Shown here one piece after another: positions 56,429 to 64,000 of a stretch of 64,000 nt of DNA (position 1 is its first letter; every line of letters begins with the position of its first letter). The stretch comes from Patescibacteria group bacterium (GTDB lineage: Bacteria; Patescibacteriota; Patescibacteriia; Buchananbacterales; UBA6539): the NCBI GenBank assembly GCA_028688055.1, contig JAQTYZ010000001.1, positions 114,910 through 178,909 on the forward strand, written 5' to 3'. Made by a program: the position numbers and the translations under genes. The notes beneath the pieces were generated by a model. That model did not search any database. It saw only the letters and a list, made by a program, of their open reading frames with translations, and was not told where the DNA came from.

Positions 56429-57597
56429 AAAGGTTTAGGGTGAACAAAAATAAAAAAAAACTTAACTTAGTTAAAAAAATTTTTGATTTTAAAACTTTAG
56501 CGAACCGGCCGGATAAATTTTTAGTTTTGCTATTTGGAATTTTAATTGTCTTTGGTTTAATTATGCTGTCATCGGCTTCGACCGTTGAATCATTTCGCTC
56601 GCACGGTAATAGCTATTATTTTTTTTGGCACCAAATTTACAGTGGTTTTTTGCCCGGTCTAATATTATTGATACTTTTTTCCCTTCTTGACTATACCTGG
56701 TTAGAGAAATACACGATGGCTTTTTTTACAATGGCGGTTTTTTTGTTGGCCATAATTTTTATTCCCGGCCTTGGGCAAGTAATTGGTAATGCGCGGAGCT
56801 GGGTTAAGTTGGGTGTTATTTCTTTCCAACCGTCGGAAATTGTTAAGTTGCTCTTAATATTATTTTTGGCCGGTTGGTTTTCTCATCGTGGCCAGGAAAT
56901 GAATAAGGATTTTTGGAATGGTTTGATTCCTTTTGGCGCCATTTTAGGGCTTGTTTCACTTTTAATAATTCTTCAACCGGACCTGGGAACTTTAGTGGTC
57001 TTGGCGACTATTGCCATTATTATGTATTTTGCCGCTGGCGGCCGCATGATTCATTTATTTGGCCTCGTCGGTCTTGGTTTGGGCCTCGTCGGCTTAATGG
57101 TCGCCCGGGCGCCATATCGCGCCGCGCGCTTGATGGTTTTTCTTCATCCCGAGCTTGATCCGCAAGGCATTGGCTATCACATTAATCAGGCCTTTTTGGC
57201 AATTGGGTCGGGCGGTTGGTTTGGCCTTGGTTTTGGCCAATCGCGACAAAAATTTGCTTATTTGCCAGAAGTGATGGGTGATTCAATATTTGCCGTCATT
57301 TCCGAGGAACTGGGTTTTATCGTCGCTTTAGCGGTAATTATGGCTTTTGTTCTAATAGTTTGGCGCGGTTTAAAGATCCTGAAAGTAACCAATGACGATT
57401 ATGCCCGCTTGCTAATTATTGGTATTGTTTCTTGGTTTATTTTCCAAGCTTTTTATAATATTGGAGCAATGATCGGTCTCTTGCCTTTGACCGGTATTCC
57501 GCTGCCATTTATCAGCTACGGTGGCACCGCCTTGGCTTCAACGATGGCGGCGAGCGGCATTTTAATTAATATTTCTCGGAAAAGTACCATTGAATAA
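56425..57597 (+). CDS. ftsW: Peptidoglycan glycosyltransferase / cell-division SEDS protein FtsW
   Basis: 390 aa, 10 TM helices, SEDS motifs (QPSEIVKL, LQPDLGT, IPLPFISYGGT); 4-nt overlap with murD. Confidence 0.85.
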   Translation: MKRFRVNKNKKKLNLVKKIFDFKTLANRPDKFLVLLFGILIVFGLIMLSSASTVESFRSHGNSYYFFWHQIYSGFLPGLILLILFSLLDYTWLEKYTMAFFTMAVFLLAIIFIPGLGQVIGNARSWVKLGVISFQPSEIVKLLLILFLAGWFSHRGQEMNKDFWNGLIPFGAILGLVSLLIILQPDLGTLVVLATIAIIMYFAAGGRMIHLFGLVGLGLGLVGLMVARAPYRAARLMVFLHPELDPQGIGYHINQAFLAIGSGGWFGLGFGQSRQKFAYLPEVMGDSIFAVISEELGFIVALAVIMAFVLIVWRGLKILKVTNDDYARLLIIGIVSWFIFQAFYNIGAMIGLLPLTGIPLPFISYGGTALASTMAASGILINISRKSTIE

Positions 57598-57666
57598 CCA
57601 GTTGATTTTTTGCTCAAAATATGTTATTTTATAGACATATTTGCTAATTTAACCTTTACTTTTTCG

Positions 57667-58722
57667 ATGAAAATAATTTTATCCGGTGGCGGTACAATGG
57701 GTTCGGTCAGTACGTTGATTGCCGTATTTGAATATCTAAAAAAAAATCAGCCGCAAGCTGAATTTTTGTGGTTAGCAACAAGAACTGGGCCCGAAGAAAA
57801 ATTAATTGAATCGTACGGGATTACGGTTAAAAAAATTTTTTCCGGAAAGTTTAGACGCTATTTCAGTTTAAAAAATATTTTTGACCCAATTTTTATTTTT
57901 TTAGGTTTTTTTCAGTCGCTTTATTATGTTATTAAATTTAGGCCCGATTGGATTTTGTCGGCCGGTGGCTTTGTTTCCGTGCCCTTAGTTTGGTCGGCGT
58001 GGTTTTTAAGAAAAAAGATTTTAATTCATCAGCAAGATGTTATTCCCGGCCTGGCTAATAAATTAATGTCGCCGTTTGCGACAAAAATTTCAGTGGTGTT
58101 TAGCGAGTCGGCGGTGAGTTTCCCTAAAAATAAAATAGTTGTTGTCGGTAATCCGGTTCGGTCGGAAATTTTTTTGGGCCATCAGGAGTCAGCACTGAAA
58201 TTTTTTAAGCTTGAAGTCGGAGTGCCAACTTTGTTGGTAATCGGCGGCGGCACTGGCGCCCAAGGACTTAATGATTTGCTTGTTAGTTCAGCGGCGCAGC
58301 TAGTGGAATTTTGTCAGATTATTCATCTGACCGGCGGCAAGGTGTCTACCAATTTTTCTCATCCGAGATATCATCCCTATGATTTTTTGCTGACGGAGTT
58401 AAATGATGCCTATGCTGTCAGTGATTTGGTAATCAGTCGTGCCGGGCTGTCAACTTTAAGTGAATTGTCGGTATTAGGGAAACCGGTAATTGTCATTCCG
58501 TTGCCGGATAGCCAGCAAGAAGCTAATGCGGAAGAATTTTTGAAGTATCAGGCGGTAAAAATAATGGCTGAAAAAAATATTAAGCCTGGCGATTTTTCGC
58601 CAGCCATCAAAAAAATTATTTATAATCAAGCCGAGTTGTTACAACTTGGTAAAAATATCCAAGCGATGATGTCTAAAACCGGTGCCGCTGAAATTGCAAA
58701 ATTGATTTATGAGCAAAATTAA
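57667..58722 (+). CDS. murG: Undecaprenyldiphospho-muramoylpentapeptide beta-N-acetylglucosaminyltransferase
   Basis: MKIILSGGGTMGSV (G-loop 1 of MurG), GGFVSVP, and C-terminal GGGTGAQGLN...RAGLSTLSEL. Confidence 0.8.
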   Translation: MKIILSGGGTMGSVSTLIAVFEYLKKNQPQAEFLWLATRTGPEEKLIESYGITVKKIFSGKFRRYFSLKNIFDPIFIFLGFFQSLYYVIKFRPDWILSAGGFVSVPLVWSAWFLRKKILIHQQDVIPGLANKLMSPFATKISVVFSESAVSFPKNKIVVVGNPVRSEIFLGHQESALKFFKLEVGVPTLLVIGGGTGAQGLNDLLVSSAAQLVEFCQIIHLTGGKVSTNFSHPRYHPYDFLLTELNDAYAVSDLVISRAGLSTLSELSVLGKPVIVIPLPDSQQEANAEEFLKYQAVKIMAEKNIKPGDFSPAIKKIIYNQAELLQLGKNIQAMMSKTGAAEIAKLIYEQN

Positions 58723-59581
58723 TAATACTAATCAAAAAAAAGTCGGGGTAGCAGTGAGTGGTGGTTTTATTAGGGCGGTTGCTTCCATTGGTGTTTTGCA
58801 AGTTTTGGAAGAGAATAATATTCCGATTAATTTAATTTCTGGCTGCAGTGCCGGTTCCGGCATCGCCGCCATTTATAGTGTTGGTACCCTTAAAAAACTT
58901 TATAATCGTTTAATCGTCGGCCGCCGCCGTGATTATTGGGAAGTAATTTTTGAGCCGACAATTCCGAGGCAAGGTTTATTAAAGGGCAATCGAACTAGAG
59001 AATTTTTTAAAGAGTTTGTCGGTGAAAAGAAATTTTCAGACACTAATATTAAGCTTTTTATAACGGCTACTGATTTGGCAACTTTGTCGCCAGTCGTTAT
59101 TGAGCAGGGCCTAATTTATGAAGCCATTCAGGCGAGCGTTGGCGTTCCGGGAATTTTTATCCCGTTAAAAAAGGATGGTAAGATTTTAGTTGATGGCGGT
59201 AATTTCAATTTAATTCCGTCGGAAGCGTTGTATCAAAATGGCGCCGATTATGTTATTGCCATTGATACGTCGCGGCCACCAAACCCGACGATTAGAGTCA
59301 TTGCCTTAATTAAAAAAATGCTAAAATTGAACGGTGACCTCCCTTATATTGACCCGGAAACCGATCCTCATGTTGTTTCGTTACTGCGCCGCGCCGTTAG
59401 TCTTTCCAGTAGTCGGATTGATAATTTTCATCATTCCGCTTATCGGTATGATGTTTTAATCCGGCCGCAGTTAATTAATATCCAACGCTGGCAAGTAAGT
59501 AAGGTCAAAGAAATGATTGAATCCGGCCGTCAGGCGGCGGAAAAAATGATTCCGCAGATTAAAAAAGATTTAGGGTTATAA
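58709..59581 (+). CDS. Patatin-like phospholipase
   Basis: Oxyanion hole VAVSGGFIRAVASIGVL (GGxR), nucleophile elbow GCSAGS (GxSxG) and catalytic Asp in LVDGGN (DGG). Confidence 0.8.
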   Translation: MSKINNTNQKKVGVAVSGGFIRAVASIGVLQVLEENNIPINLISGCSAGSGIAAIYSVGTLKKLYNRLIVGRRRDYWEVIFEPTIPRQGLLKGNRTREFFKEFVGEKKFSDTNIKLFITATDLATLSPVVIEQGLIYEAIQASVGVPGIFIPLKKDGKILVDGGNFNLIPSEALYQNGADYVIAIDTSRPPNPTIRVIALIKKMLKLNGDLPYIDPETDPHVVSLLRRAVSLSSSRIDNFHHSAYRYDVLIRPQLINIQRWQVSKVKEMIESGRQAAEKMIPQIKKDLGL

Positions 59582-59583
59582 TT

Positions 59584-60963
59584 ATGGACTTAGCCGGAGT
59601 TAAAAAAATTTATTTTATTGGTATTAAGGGCGTTGCGATGTCAGGTCTGGCGGTTATTTGTCAAAAGCGCGGTCTGGCGGTTTGCGGTTCGGACGTTGAA
59701 GAAAAATTTATCACCGACAAAATTTTAGCAAAAAATAATATTGAAGTTTTTGAAAATTTTGATATCCGTAATTTGGCTTGTAACCCGGACCTAGTTGTCA
59801 TTGGCGCTTCCTGGGACGAAACCAATATTGAAGTTGCGGAAGTAAAAACCAGAAACCTGCCTGTTATTTCTGATTCTGAATTGCGGGGGATATTAAGCAA
59901 GGAAAAAAGAACCATTGCCATTACTGGTGTCCACGGCAAAACCACAACCACCGCTTTGATTTCTTTTATCTTTAGAGCCGCTGGACTTGACCCTAGTTTT
60001 TTAATTGGCACTGGCGCTGTCCGTGATTTAGGCGGTAACTCCGACTGGACCACCGGCCGGCATTTTATCATTGAAGGCGATGAATACGCCAAGAGTCGTG
60101 ATGACAAATCGCCGAAGTTTTTAGATTTGTTGCCGGCCGTTACGGTTATCACCAGTATTGAATGGGAACATGTTGATATTTTTCCCAACGTTGAATTGTT
60201 AGAAAAAAACTTTTCACTGTTAATAAATAAAACTAGTGATTTGGTTGTGGCGTGTGGTGATTGGGAAAGTGTCAAGAAAATTACGGTTGGTAATAAAAAA
60301 AATACTACTTATGGTTTGGATGATTACAATGAGTGGCAAGCGACTGAGGTCAAAGCGGAATTTGATTTTACCGCTTTTAAGGTAATAAATAGCAATGGTT
60401 TTAGCGAAGAGTTTAAAATAAAATTATTCGGCCTTCATAATGTTTTAAATGCCTTAGCGGCCATCATCGTATCTCTTAATGAAGGTATTAATGTTGATGC
60501 GCTTAAAAATATTTTACCGAAATTTGCTGGCACCGAAAGACGATTTGACGTTTCAGAAAGTAACGGGGTAATTTTTATCGACGATTACGCCCATCATCCA
60601 ACAGCGGTCAAAACAACGCTGGAGGCTGTTAGGCATCGATACCCTGATCAAGAAATTTGGTGTATTTTTCAGCCCCATATGGCCTCAAGAACCAAAGCTT
60701 TTTTAAACGAATTTGCCCAGAGTTTTGCGGCCGCTGATAAAGTTATTTTTGCCGATATTTTCGCTTCAGCCAGAGAAGAATTGCAAGATGTCACTTCAAA
60801 ATTACTGGCTGCCAAAACGGCAAAAAACCATCGGGACTCAGTCTATGTTGGCGATTTAAATCAAGTAGTTAATTATTTGAAAGATAAAGTTAAGCCCGGC
60901 GTCGTCGTAGTCACTATGGGTGCCGGTGACGTCTACCGCGTCAGAGATAAATTGTTAAATTAA
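59584..60963 (+). CDS. murC: UDP-N-acetylmuramate--L-alanine ligase
   Basis: IYFIGIKGVAMSGLAVI N-terminus, P-loop ITGVHGKTTTTALI, DDYAHHP motif; 459 aa. Confidence 0.85.
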   Translation: MDLAGVKKIYFIGIKGVAMSGLAVICQKRGLAVCGSDVEEKFITDKILAKNNIEVFENFDIRNLACNPDLVVIGASWDETNIEVAEVKTRNLPVISDSELRGILSKEKRTIAITGVHGKTTTTALISFIFRAAGLDPSFLIGTGAVRDLGGNSDWTTGRHFIIEGDEYAKSRDDKSPKFLDLLPAVTVITSIEWEHVDIFPNVELLEKNFSLLINKTSDLVVACGDWESVKKITVGNKKNTTYGLDDYNEWQATEVKAEFDFTAFKVINSNGFSEEFKIKLFGLHNVLNALAAIIVSLNEGINVDALKNILPKFAGTERRFDVSESNGVIFIDDYAHHPTAVKTTLEAVRHRYPDQEIWCIFQPHMASRTKAFLNEFAQSFAAADKVIFADIFASAREELQDVTSKLLAAKTAKNHRDSVYVGDLNQVVNYLKDKVKPGVVVVTMGAGDVYRVRDKLLN

Positions 60964-60967
60964 AATT

Positions 60968-61933
60968 ATGATTGACCTTAAAAGTTTACTTCCGGAAATT
61001 AAAGAAAATGAAGCCCTGGCACCTTATACAACTTTTAAAATTGGTGGTCCGGCCAAATATTTTCTTGAAGCGAAAAATAACGTCGAGTTGGTCAAGGCTT
61101 TGCAGGTTGTGGCCTCGACTGGCTTAAATTATATTGTTATTGGCGGCGGCAGTAATTTATTAGTTTCCGATTCGGGTTTTGACGGCTTGGTAATTCGTCA
61201 ACTAAATAATCAATTTAAAATAGACGGTGATAAAGTTATGACTGAATCGGGTGCTAAAGTGGCTGATGTTTTAGCAGCGACTTTGACAGCGGGCCTCATT
61301 GGTTGGGCCTGGGCGGCTGGTTTGCCCGGCTTAATTGGCGGGGCAATTCGTGGTAACGCTGGTGCTTATGGCGAAGCAATGTCAAATATTACTGAATCAG
61401 TTGAAGTCTTTCGGGCTGGTAAGACGGAAATATTAACCAATGAACAACTAAAATTTTCTTACCGGCACAGCTTGGTTAAGGATGAAAAGATGGTGATTTT
61501 AGCCGCGACGCTGAAGTTAAAAAAAGGCGATCCGACGGTTGACGAGGAGTTGGTAAAAAAATATCTTGATCATCGAGAAAAAACTCAGCCACTCGATTTG
61601 CCAAATCCAGGCTGTGCTTTTAAAAATATTAATTTGCAGGAAGTTCAAATTGATCAAGCCAAGGTTATTAAAGCACTTGATATTACCGAAGCGGAATGGC
61701 AAGCGGCGACGAAGTACAATAAATTGTCAGTTAGTTTTATTTTTGACAAGATGAATTGGAAGGGCAAAACAATTGGCGGGGCAAAAGTTTCAGAAAAGCA
61801 CGGCGCCTTTATCGTGAATGCCGGTGAAGCTAAAGCCGAGCATGTGATTATGTTAATGTCGGAGCTGAAAATGCGCGTCAGAAATGAACTCGGACTGGCT
61901 TTAGAAGAGGAAATTCAGCTGGTGGGATTTTAA
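60968..61933 (+). CDS. murB: UDP-N-acetylenolpyruvoylglucosamine reductase
   Basis: FAD-binding region YTTFKIGGPAKYF...VIGGGSNLLVSD, C-terminal MurB domain; 321 aa. Confidence 0.85.
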   Translation: MIDLKSLLPEIKENEALAPYTTFKIGGPAKYFLEAKNNVELVKALQVVASTGLNYIVIGGGSNLLVSDSGFDGLVIRQLNNQFKIDGDKVMTESGAKVADVLAATLTAGLIGWAWAAGLPGLIGGAIRGNAGAYGEAMSNITESVEVFRAGKTEILTNEQLKFSYRHSLVKDEKMVILAATLKLKKGDPTVDEELVKKYLDHREKTQPLDLPNPGCAFKNINLQEVQIDQAKVIKALDITEAEWQAATKYNKLSVSFIFDKMNWKGKTIGGAKVSEKHGAFIVNAGEAKAEHVIMLMSELKMRVRNELGLALEEEIQLVGF

Positions 61934-61963
61934 AATGGGGTTTAAAAAAAGACAGCCTTTTTA

Positions 61964-62689
61964 TTAGCTGCCCGCGAGGTGACCAATGATCAACGCTGCC
62001 ATTTTAGCGTCATTTACTTTTGGGACATAACGTGCGACTGCCAGAAAGCCGTAGCCGCAGAGTTTTGCTGAGTCAAGGTCGTCTCCGTTGACTAGCAACG
62101 CGATGATCGGCTGTTGGTAGTTTTCATTGCTCAGGTGCTCAAGGAAACCGATAAGTTCGATCTCTGATCCGGCAATGATCACAATTAAGCTGACACTTTC
62201 TGTGATTAGGTCTGTGCCGCGCCCATAGTTGGTCGCGACTGAGACCCGGACGCCTTTCGATTCAAGGATTTCAGCTAGGCCGTACATTCCAGGAATATCC
62301 TGGTTGATAACCAGTACGGACCTGATTGGCTCGTGGAGCAAACTACGAATCGTCGGCAGCAGCTCGGTCGGGAAACTGACTGGCTTGCCAAAGACGGCGG
62401 AAAATCCTTGGGCTATCAGTTCAGCTTTACGATGAACCACTTGGCCAGCAACGATGATTACCGGAACCATGATCCCGCTGGCGCGAAGCTTACCGAGAAA
62501 TTCAAGGCCCCCGACCCGAGGCATATCTTCATCAGTTATGACCAAATCCGGACTGTTTGATTTGGCTAAGGCCAAACCCTCTTCGCCATTTGTGGCTCCA
62601 AAAACTTCAAAGCCTTCCAGCTCGAGGTATCGACGGTATAATCCCAAAATGTCAGGATCATCGTCCATAATCAGTATTTTGTTGGGCAT
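61964..62689 (-). CDS. Stand-alone response-regulator-like protein: canonical receiver (REC) domain followed by a second, degenerate REC-like domain, no output domain; GC-rich relative to flanks
   Basis: ILIMDDDPDIL (acidic pocket), LVITDEDMP (phospho-acceptor Asp), SAVFGKP (conserved Lys). The second half, SVLVINQDIPG...IIIAGSE, has a REC-like topology without the acidic pocket. SD AAGGAGG 8 nt upstream. Local GC about 50%. Confidence 0.65.
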   Translation of the reverse strand: MPNKILIMDDDPDILGLYRRYLELEGFEVFGATNGEEGLALAKSNSPDLVITDEDMPRVGGLEFLGKLRASGIMVPVIIVAGQVVHRKAELIAQGFSAVFGKPVSFPTELLPTIRSLLHEPIRSVLVINQDIPGMYGLAEILESKGVRVSVATNYGRGTDLITESVSLIVIIAGSEIELIGFLEHLSNENYQQPIIALLVNGDDLDSAKLCGYGFLAVARYVPKVNDAKMAALIIGHLAGS

Positions 62690-62817
62690 TTGATGGCCCT
62701 CCTTGAATGCGTAGCTACTTAGTAAGGTTCAACTTAGCGGCTAACAATATAATATAATTCTTATTAACACCCTTGTCAAATAGGTTAAAATCTTGTAGAC
62801 TTAGAGGGTAAAAATTT

Positions 62818-64000
62818 ATGACTGTATTAGAAAAATTAGAAAAAATATTCGGTGATCCTTCGGAGCGCCTGTTCAAAAAGCTTCAACCTTTGGTTAAGGT
62901 TATCAATTCGCTTGAGCCTGAATTTGAAAAGTTGACTGATGATGAATTAAAAAGTCAGACGATTAAGTTGAAGGAAGAATTAAAAAACGGCAAAACCCTG
63001 GATGACCTTTTGCCTCAAGCTTTCGCGGCAACCAGAGAGGCGGCTCGACGAACGCTTGGTCTCCGTCATTACGATGTCCAGCTTTTGTCCGGTATTGCTT
63101 TGCACCGCGGCTATATTTCAGAACAGAAAACCGGTGAAGGAAAAACGCTTTCGGCCACCGCGCCGATTTATTTAAATTCACTTGATGGCAAAGGCTGTCA
63201 TTTGGTCACAGTCAACGACTATCTATCGCGACGAGACTGTGGCTGGATGGGACCGGTTTATCATGCGTTGGGTATTACCACTGGCGTCATTATTCATGAG
63301 GCGGCTTTTATTTATGATCCAAATTTTGACAATGAAAGTGTTGATGACGAAAAATTGAAAAATTTACGACCGGTTAGTCGCCGCGAAGCTTATGAAGCTG
63401 ATATTACCTATGGTACGAATAATGAATTCGGTTTTGATTATTTGCGTGACAATATGGTTGGTGAAGTTAAGCAGATGGTTCAGCGCGATTTACATTATGC
63501 CATTGTCGACGAAGTCGACAGTATTTTAATTGACGAAGCCAGGACCCCGCTGATCATTTCCGCGCCGGATGTCGATTCAACTGACAAGTATTATAAGTTT
63601 TCAAAATTAGTAACTGAGCTTAAGGAAAATGAAGACTACAACGTTGACGAGAAAATGCGGGCGGCAACTTTAACGGAAACTGGTTTGAACAAAATGGAGA
63701 AGTTACTGGGGGTCGAAAATATTTATACGGAAATGGGAATTTCCGATGTTCATCATATTGAGCAGGCGCTGAAAGCGTACGCCCTTTTTAGGCTTGATCG
63801 GGATTATGTTGTTAAAGATGGTGAAATTATTATCGTTGATGAATTTACCGGTCGCTTGATGTTTGGCCGTCGTTACAGTGAAGGCTTGCATCAGGCCATT
63901 GAAGCTAAGGAAGGTGTGACGGTTCAGCGCGAAAGTCGCACTTTGGCCACGATTACTTTTCAAAATTATTTTAGACTTTACGATAAATTGTCGGGCATGA
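62818..64000 (+). CDS. secA: Preprotein translocase ATPase SecA (5' partial, continues beyond window)
   Basis: [23 protein letters not shown]...[28 protein letters not shown] (DEAD-like motor Walker A), [30 protein letters not shown]; no stop codon before the end of the window. Confidence 0.9.
   Translation, partial: MTVLEKLEKIFGDPSERLFKKLQPLVKVINSLEPEFEKLTDDELKSQTIKLKEELKNGKTLDDLLPQAFAATREAARRTLGLRHYDVQLLSGIALHRGYISEQKTGEGKTLSATAPIYLNSLDGKGCHLVTVNDYLSRRDCGWMGPVYHALGITTGVIIHEAAFIYDPNFDNESVDDEKLKNLRPVSRREAYEADITYGTNNEFGFDYLRDNMVGEVKQMVQRDLHYAIVDEVDSILIDEARTPLIISAPDVDSTDKYYKFSKLVTELKENEDYNVDEKMRAATLTETGLNKMEKLLGVENIYTEMGISDVHHIEQALKAYALFRLDRDYVVKDGEIIIVDEFTGRLMFGRRYSEGLHQAIEAKEGVTVQRESRTLATITFQNYFRLYDKLSGM

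Noticed and set aside
61943-61966. AT-only hairpin (TAAAAAAAG-acagc-CTTTTTATTA) between murB and the REC gene as a terminator
   Set aside because: The stem is all A:T pairs and would be very weak; I mention it only as a possible bidirectional terminator and do not list it as a feature.
1-64000. CRISPR arrays, tRNA/rRNA genes, transposases/integrases, prophage structural genes
   Set aside because: I scanned all intergenic gaps (none over 180 bp) and found no regularly spaced direct repeats, no tRNA cloverleaf signatures (GTTCRANYC/TΨC-like boxes) and no recombinase motifs.

Overview
This looks like a low-GC (roughly 35-40% by eye), gene-dense bacterial window with standard genetic code 11; no in-frame TGA appears in the conserved genes. 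The gene content suggests a CPR/Patescibacteria-like organism, but that is an inference, not something the sequence proves. The evidence for it is type IV pilus machinery with several prepilins, multiple very large GT-C-like membrane glycosyltransferases, a PEGA-domain protein, and a cell-wall (dcw) cluster without ftsI/ftsA/ftsZ.

In order, the window holds:
- an ABC exporter;
- a cell-surface glycan locus: a WbaP-like priming transferase, an O-antigen-ligase-like protein with TPR repeats, a subtilase with FG-GAP repeats, a GtrA/GT2 pair, GT2 and GT4 glycosyltransferases, dTDP-rhamnose genes RmlC-like, RmlB, RmlD and RmlA-like, and three large GT-C-like membrane proteins;
- MurA and a C-terminal processing protease (Ctp);
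- about 11 kb of phosphotransfer genes: five diverged paralogs of a protein ending in a PEP-utilising swivel phosphohistidine domain, one PpsA-type N-terminal nucleotide-binding domain gene, two histidine-phosphatase-superfamily genes, a YihX-like HAD phosphatase and an acylphosphatase;
- rplI, pyrG and rpmA;
- a type IV pilus operon on the minus strand (pilB, pilC, three prepilins, a beta-helix protein, pilM, pilN-like, pilO-like);
- a dcw segment: mraY, murD, ftsW, murG, a patatin gene, murC, murB;
- a GC-rich response-regulator-like gene and the 5' part of secA.

The phosphotransfer cluster is the strongest candidate for an unusual system. Its architecture resembles a split rifampin-phosphotransferase/PEP-synthase-like kinase whose substrate-binding-plus-swivel module has been multiplied and diversified, co-located with four phosphatase-type genes.

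Two short islands at about 50% GC, each carrying a minus-strand gene with a strong AGGAGG ribosome-binding site, look horizontally acquired. I saw no CRISPR array, no tRNA or rRNA, and no transposase or integrase.
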